Assembly (NCBI GenBank): GCA_963977445.1
Contig: CAXBPH010000238.1
Coordinates: 1 to 10,931, forward strand
Length of the DNA: 10,931 bases
Direction of reading: 5' to 3'
From: an uncultured bacterium
GTDB lineage: Bacteria; Hydrogenedentota; Hydrogenedentia; Hydrogenedentales; JAEUWI01
Positions 7,498 to 10,931 of the stretch are shown piece after piece. The notes beneath the pieces are model-generated. The model worked only from the letters and a program-made list of their open reading frames with translations. It ran no database searches and was not told the DNA's origin. Made by a program: the position numbers and the translations under genes. Position 1 is the stretch's first letter. Each line of letters opens with the position of its first letter.

Positions 7498-8400
7498 ATG
7501 ATGAGTGCACAATGCGAACAATTGAGCCGGGAGCTGCGAGAAAAACGCGACATTAATCCAACGTCACTTGCCGAGACGCGGGCCAATTTCGAGTTGCACG
7601 GGAAGCGCTTCCCCCTGGATGCCGATATTCGCTCAAAAATGACCCGGACCGGCGATCTGGACGTCCTGCGTTTGTATCCCCCCGGAGCAAATGAGGCGCG
7701 ATGCCTGCTCTATTTTCATGGCGGCGGCTACATCATTGGCTCCCCCGCAACCCACGCATCACTAGTCGGCCGTCTCGCCCGGGCCGCTTCCATGACGGCC
7801 GTCATACCGAACTACAGGAAAGCTCCGGAACATCCCCATCCGGCCCCCCTGGAAGACGCCATTCAGACCTATCAAATGATACTCGCGGAAGGATTCCGCC
7901 CAGAAAACATCGTTATCGCCGGAGATTCGGCGGGCGGTGGCTTAACGCTGGCCACCCTGCTTCAGGCCCGAAACCTGGAACTTCCCCTGCCCGCAGCGGC
8001 CGTGTGTATGTCGCCCTGGGTAGACATGGAATCGAAGGGTGACTCCGTAAGGAGCAAGGCCGACGTGGACCCGGTGGTGGCCCCCCAACATATCCAAAGT
8101 TTTGCGCGAATGTTTGTAGGGGCAGGCGACCCCAAAGACCCGTTGGCGTCACCGCTGCACGCCGACCTTACGGGATTACCTCCGTTACTGATCCAGGTTG
8201 GGGAAAATGAGACCTTGCTGGATGATTCGCTACGTATTGCTGCACGGGCGGCCCATGCCGGGGTAGATACCACACTGCGGGTCTGGCCCCATATGTTCCA
8301 CGTCTGGCAGCTATTCGCACCCGAATTGGATGAAGGCCTCCGCGCCATTTTAGAAGCTGCCGAATTCATGGTCCGGCACTTGGAGCCCGCGGATTCCTGA
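7498..8400 (+). CDS. Alpha/beta hydrolase, HSL-like (family IV) esterase/lipase
   Basis: Oxyanion motif 'LYFHGGGY', 'NYRKAPEHPHPAPLED', nucleophile 'AGDSAGGGL', acidic residue in 'VGENETLLDDS', His in 'MFHVWQ'. GAGGGA upstream of the start. Confidence 0.93.
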   Translation: MMSAQCEQLSRELREKRDINPTSLAETRANFELHGKRFPLDADIRSKMTRTGDLDVLRLYPPGANEARCLLYFHGGGYIIGSPATHASLVGRLARAASMTAVIPNYRKAPEHPHPAPLEDAIQTYQMILAEGFRPENIVIAGDSAGGGLTLATLLQARNLELPLPAAAVCMSPWVDMESKGDSVRSKADVDPVVAPQHIQSFARMFVGAGDPKDPLASPLHADLTGLPPLLIQVGENETLLDDSLRIAARAAHAGVDTTLRVWPHMFHVWQLFAPELDEGLRAILEAAEFMVRHLEPADS

Positions 8401-8553
8401 GCAGTCTCAGCCCCGCGCTTTCAGCGCCATAATTGCGATTGCAAAAGGCAGGAGAGCAACGATCCACCATTTGTAGTTGATTACGAAGTCGAATATATCA
8501 TTTGTCGTAATGCCAAACATCTTCTCAATCTCCTCCCCCAGGACCCATGCCAA

Positions 8554-9336
8554 CTAACTGTTTACGCGTAAATAAAACGTCACGCCAGACAAGAGCAGCG
8601 CACTGGCACCAACCGCAAGTGCCAGACGACTCCGGGTGCGAAGGGACTTATCGCCCTTGGCAAAAGAGCTTGGCCCCGTCCAGATAACCGCGCCAAAGCC
8701 GATGATGAGTGCCAGTAAATTGAAGATACCCTGTTGAATCCCCAGTTCGCTGCCGGAAAAAGAGGCGAGACACATAAACCACGCGAGAACGGACATGGCG
8801 AGACCGCTCATCCACGTGGGCGTTCGGGCGCTGGCGCTCCCGGTCAATACCCGTTCGTTAAGTGCGTTTTCGTCGACCAGCGGTGTGAAGCCCCCGGATG
8901 TTTCCCCGACAGGGCCCCTCGAGGGCGGGCCAGCGGGACGGTGGTCGACCGGGGGACCAACGATAGGGACACCAGGATGCTCATCCACCCCTTCCTGGAG
9001 CGATTGGAAGCTGAAGCTATCCACGGGGGCCGCCGCTGGCGTCGTTGCACCCTTTGAGGAAGAGCGTTTGTGTTTCTTGGGGGCGGCAGGCCCACCATCC
9101 ACAGCGGCCTCAGCGCGCATTTCACGGCGCTCTTTGGTCTGCTTCGCCCGCTTATCGTAGTGGTGCACCACGCAGCTTACGCAAATACGACGCCCGCTGC
9201 TGGTGCGCTGTATGTGACTCTTGCACACGGTCTTCTTGCACCGTTCACAGGTGTGGCTGCAAACTTCACACAACAACATCTCACACTCATGACAGAACCC
9301 CACAGAGCTCCGTACTTCGCATTCACCACATTCCAT
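8554..9336 (-). CDS. Hypothetical membrane protein with N-terminal Cys-rich (B-box-like) metal-binding domain and three C-terminal TM helices
   Basis: ATG at 9336 gives 260 aa. The first 55 residues contain five CxxC and one CxxH, followed by a charged helix, a Pro/Gly/Ser-rich linker and three hydrophobic segments. A promoter-like element at 9401-9429 lies inside the longer track ORF, which argues against the start at 9459. Confidence 0.75.
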   Translation of the reverse strand: MECGECEVRSSVGFCHECEMLLCEVCSHTCERCKKTVCKSHIQRTSSGRRICVSCVVHHYDKRAKQTKERREMRAEAAVDGGPAAPKKHKRSSSKGATTPAAAPVDSFSFQSLQEGVDEHPGVPIVGPPVDHRPAGPPSRGPVGETSGGFTPLVDENALNERVLTGSASARTPTWMSGLAMSVLAWFMCLASFSGSELGIQQGIFNLLALIIGFGAVIWTGPSSFAKGDKSLRTRSRLALAVGASALLLSGVTFYLRVNS

Positions 9337-9400
9337 GTTATCATCCCGTATGCCCACTCCCAGGCACCCTGTTTGCTGGGTCGAATCGAATAGCACCCTG

Positions 9401-9429
9401 ATTATACAATGACGTAACCCACGCGGCAA
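9401..9429 (-). promoter_or_regulatory. Candidate sigma70-type promoter for the Cys-rich membrane protein
   Basis: Minus strand TTGCCG (9429-9424), 17-bp spacer, TATAAT (9406-9401), about 65 bp upstream of the ATG. Confidence 0.6.
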
Positions 9430-9477
9430 GCCGCTCAAAAACACCCCGCAGCCAAACATGAGGACACCCCCAAATCG

Positions 9478-10668
9478 ATGGCCCCCACGTCACTATTTTT
9501 ATCACGTATCGCGCTCCTCCAGGCCTTTCTAAAGGCCCATCAATGGAACGGCATCCTGCTGAATCGTATCGATAACTTCGCTATGGCAACCGGAGGCGCG
9601 CGAAATTTTGTGTCGACACAGGCCGATGTCGGGGCCTGTGGACTCTTTATACAAGATAACGGCACGGTGCATTATGCGGGCAATGGCGTCGAGGCAACAC
9701 GGATTACCGATGAGGAAATCCCCTGTCCCCCCTGTCAGGCGGATCCCTTTCTCTGGTGCGGTGACACCCCCGCTTCCTGGTGCCAGTCTCGCTTTGAGGG
9801 TGTCCTCGTTTCTGACGATGGGACCTTGGGCGATAATGTAGACGGTGCCCTGGCTCCACTTCGCAGTATCCTGCTGCCCGATGAGTGTGACACCTACCGG
9901 AATCTGGGACGCCTCGCCGGCGAAGCGATGGAAATTACCTTGCGCTCGATTACATCGGGCATGACCGAGTCAGAGATTAGTGCCCGACTGATCTATGAAG
10001 GCCGACGCCGGGGATGTCAGGTGCCCGTAAGCCTGGTGGCTGCGGACGATCGCATTGCGCGATACCGCCACCCCCTCCCCACCTTGCCGGGCTCCCCCCA
10101 CGAGGCCCGGGTGAAGAGCTATGTCATGGTGGTTGCCGGCATGCAGTTGGGGGGCCTGGTCGTTTCCTTGACCCGCTTCAAACAAGTTGACACCCTGCCC
10201 GCAACCGTATCGGAAGCCTATCGCCGGATCTGTGCCGTGGATATTCGTATGGCGGAAGCGACCCGCCCCGGCGCAACCCTGGGCGACGTATTTGCCGCGT
10301 GCCAACGGGCCTATGTGGAATTCGGCTTTGACGAAAATGAGTGGCACAATCACCACCAGGGTGGCAGCACAGGCTATGCCGGCCGCACCAGCAAGGGTAT
10401 GCCCGGCTCCACCTTTCCCTGTCTCGACGCCCATTGGACCCAGGTGGTCCGAGAGCAATTGGGCACCGAAATTTCCGTGAGTAGTGCCTTCGCCTGGAAT
10501 CCTTCGGCACAAGGCGTCAAATCGGAAGACACGTTTTTATTACATGCCGACGGGCAACGGGAAGTCATCACGGCAACGCCCAACATTCCAACCGTGGCGC
10601 TACACGATCTGCTCAGCTCGGAAATGACCATGGAAAAATCGGCCATGGCTCCCCCTGAATTCATATAG
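9478..10668 (+). CDS. M24 family (pita-bread fold, Xaa-Pro aminopeptidase/creatinase-like) protein with divergent active site
   Basis: N-terminal creatinase/prolidase-like domain ('GILLNRIDNFAMATGG'), then 'GMTESEI', 'RYRHP', 'SLTR', 'TRPGATLGDVF', 'HHQGG', 'AWNPS', 'KSEDT' and a C-terminal 'EVIT'. Confidence 0.8.
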   Translation: MAPTSLFLSRIALLQAFLKAHQWNGILLNRIDNFAMATGGARNFVSTQADVGACGLFIQDNGTVHYAGNGVEATRITDEEIPCPPCQADPFLWCGDTPASWCQSRFEGVLVSDDGTLGDNVDGALAPLRSILLPDECDTYRNLGRLAGEAMEITLRSITSGMTESEISARLIYEGRRRGCQVPVSLVAADDRIARYRHPLPTLPGSPHEARVKSYVMVVAGMQLGGLVVSLTRFKQVDTLPATVSEAYRRICAVDIRMAEATRPGATLGDVFAACQRAYVEFGFDENEWHNHHQGGSTGYAGRTSKGMPGSTFPCLDAHWTQVVREQLGTEISVSSAFAWNPSAQGVKSEDTFLLHADGQREVITATPNIPTVALHDLLSSEMTMEKSAMAPPEFI

Positions 10669-10767
10669 GCTTTGGTATATACTGATACTCGGAAACCATT
10701 CTGTGAATTCGTATCGCGGGCCCGGCCATTCACCCGGGAGAGTTCTGTCCAAGGAGATATCCGAATT

Positions 10768-10931
10768 ATGGAAACGCTTTCAGGACTCCGCATCGTCAGT
10801 CTCGCCATCAATATCCCCGGCCCGGTAGCCGCCGCAGCATTGCGTGATCTCGGGGCAGCGGTTTGTAAGATAGAGCCCCCTTCGGGTGACCCCCTCGCCC
10901 ATTTTTCTCATACCTGGTATGAGGAACTCTG
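10768..10931 (+). CDS. Class III CoA-transferase (CaiB/BaiF family), N-terminal part (runs off window)
   Basis: Not in the ORF track. AAGGAG at 10751-10756, then ATG at 10768: METLSGLRIVSLAINIPGPVAAAALRDLGAAVCKIEPPSGDPL..., matching the family pattern L.G.R(I/V)......PGP.....L.DLGA.V.K(I/V)E...GDP. Confidence 0.88.
   Translation, partial: METLSGLRIVSLAINIPGPVAAAALRDLGAAVCKIEPPSGDPLAHFSHTWYEEL

Noticed and set aside
9160..9336. Multiheme cytochrome or ferredoxin interpretation of the Cys-rich domain
   Set aside because: No CxxCH motif, no signal peptide and no CxxCxxCxxxC pattern.
9364..9400. Direct repeat GCACCCTG at 9364-9371 and 9393-9400
   Set aside because: Only two 8-bp copies; too short for a CRISPR or iteron call and plausibly chance.
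9337..9459. N-terminal extension of the Cys-rich protein in the ORF track
   Set aside because: Covers the divergent intergenic region including a TTGCCG-17-TATAAT promoter candidate; ATG 9336 directly precedes the first CxxC.
1..10931. PKS/secondary-metabolite cluster, defence system or mobile element
   Set aside because: ACP and KAS look like primary fatty-acid synthesis genes in the usual acpP-fabF-rnc context; no integrase, transposase, reverse transcriptase, Cas gene or repeat array is visible.

Overview
Bacterial chromosomal window, moderately GC-rich and gene-dense, with no mobile element, CRISPR array, rRNA or tRNA detected. From left to right: the 3' part of an ArnT/GT39-like membrane glycosyltransferase (+); a minus-strand cluster acpP-fabF-rnc-hppA-photolyase; a divergent HSL-family esterase (+); an uncharacterised membrane-anchored Cys-rich (B-box-like) protein (-); a divergent M24/pita-bread protein that lacks most canonical metal ligands (+); and the 5' end of a class III (CaiB/BaiF) CoA-transferase missed by the ORF track. 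Most of the content is housekeeping. The most unusual items are (i) the zinc-finger/charged helix/Pro-rich linker/3-TM protein, (ii) a K+-dependent membrane pyrophosphatase that appears to carry both alternative TM6 gate glutamates, (iii) the degenerate M24 active site, and (iv) a 14-bp strand-polarised hairpin between acpP and fabF in an operon that also encodes RNase III. All family assignments rest on motif recognition by eye; no database searches were run.
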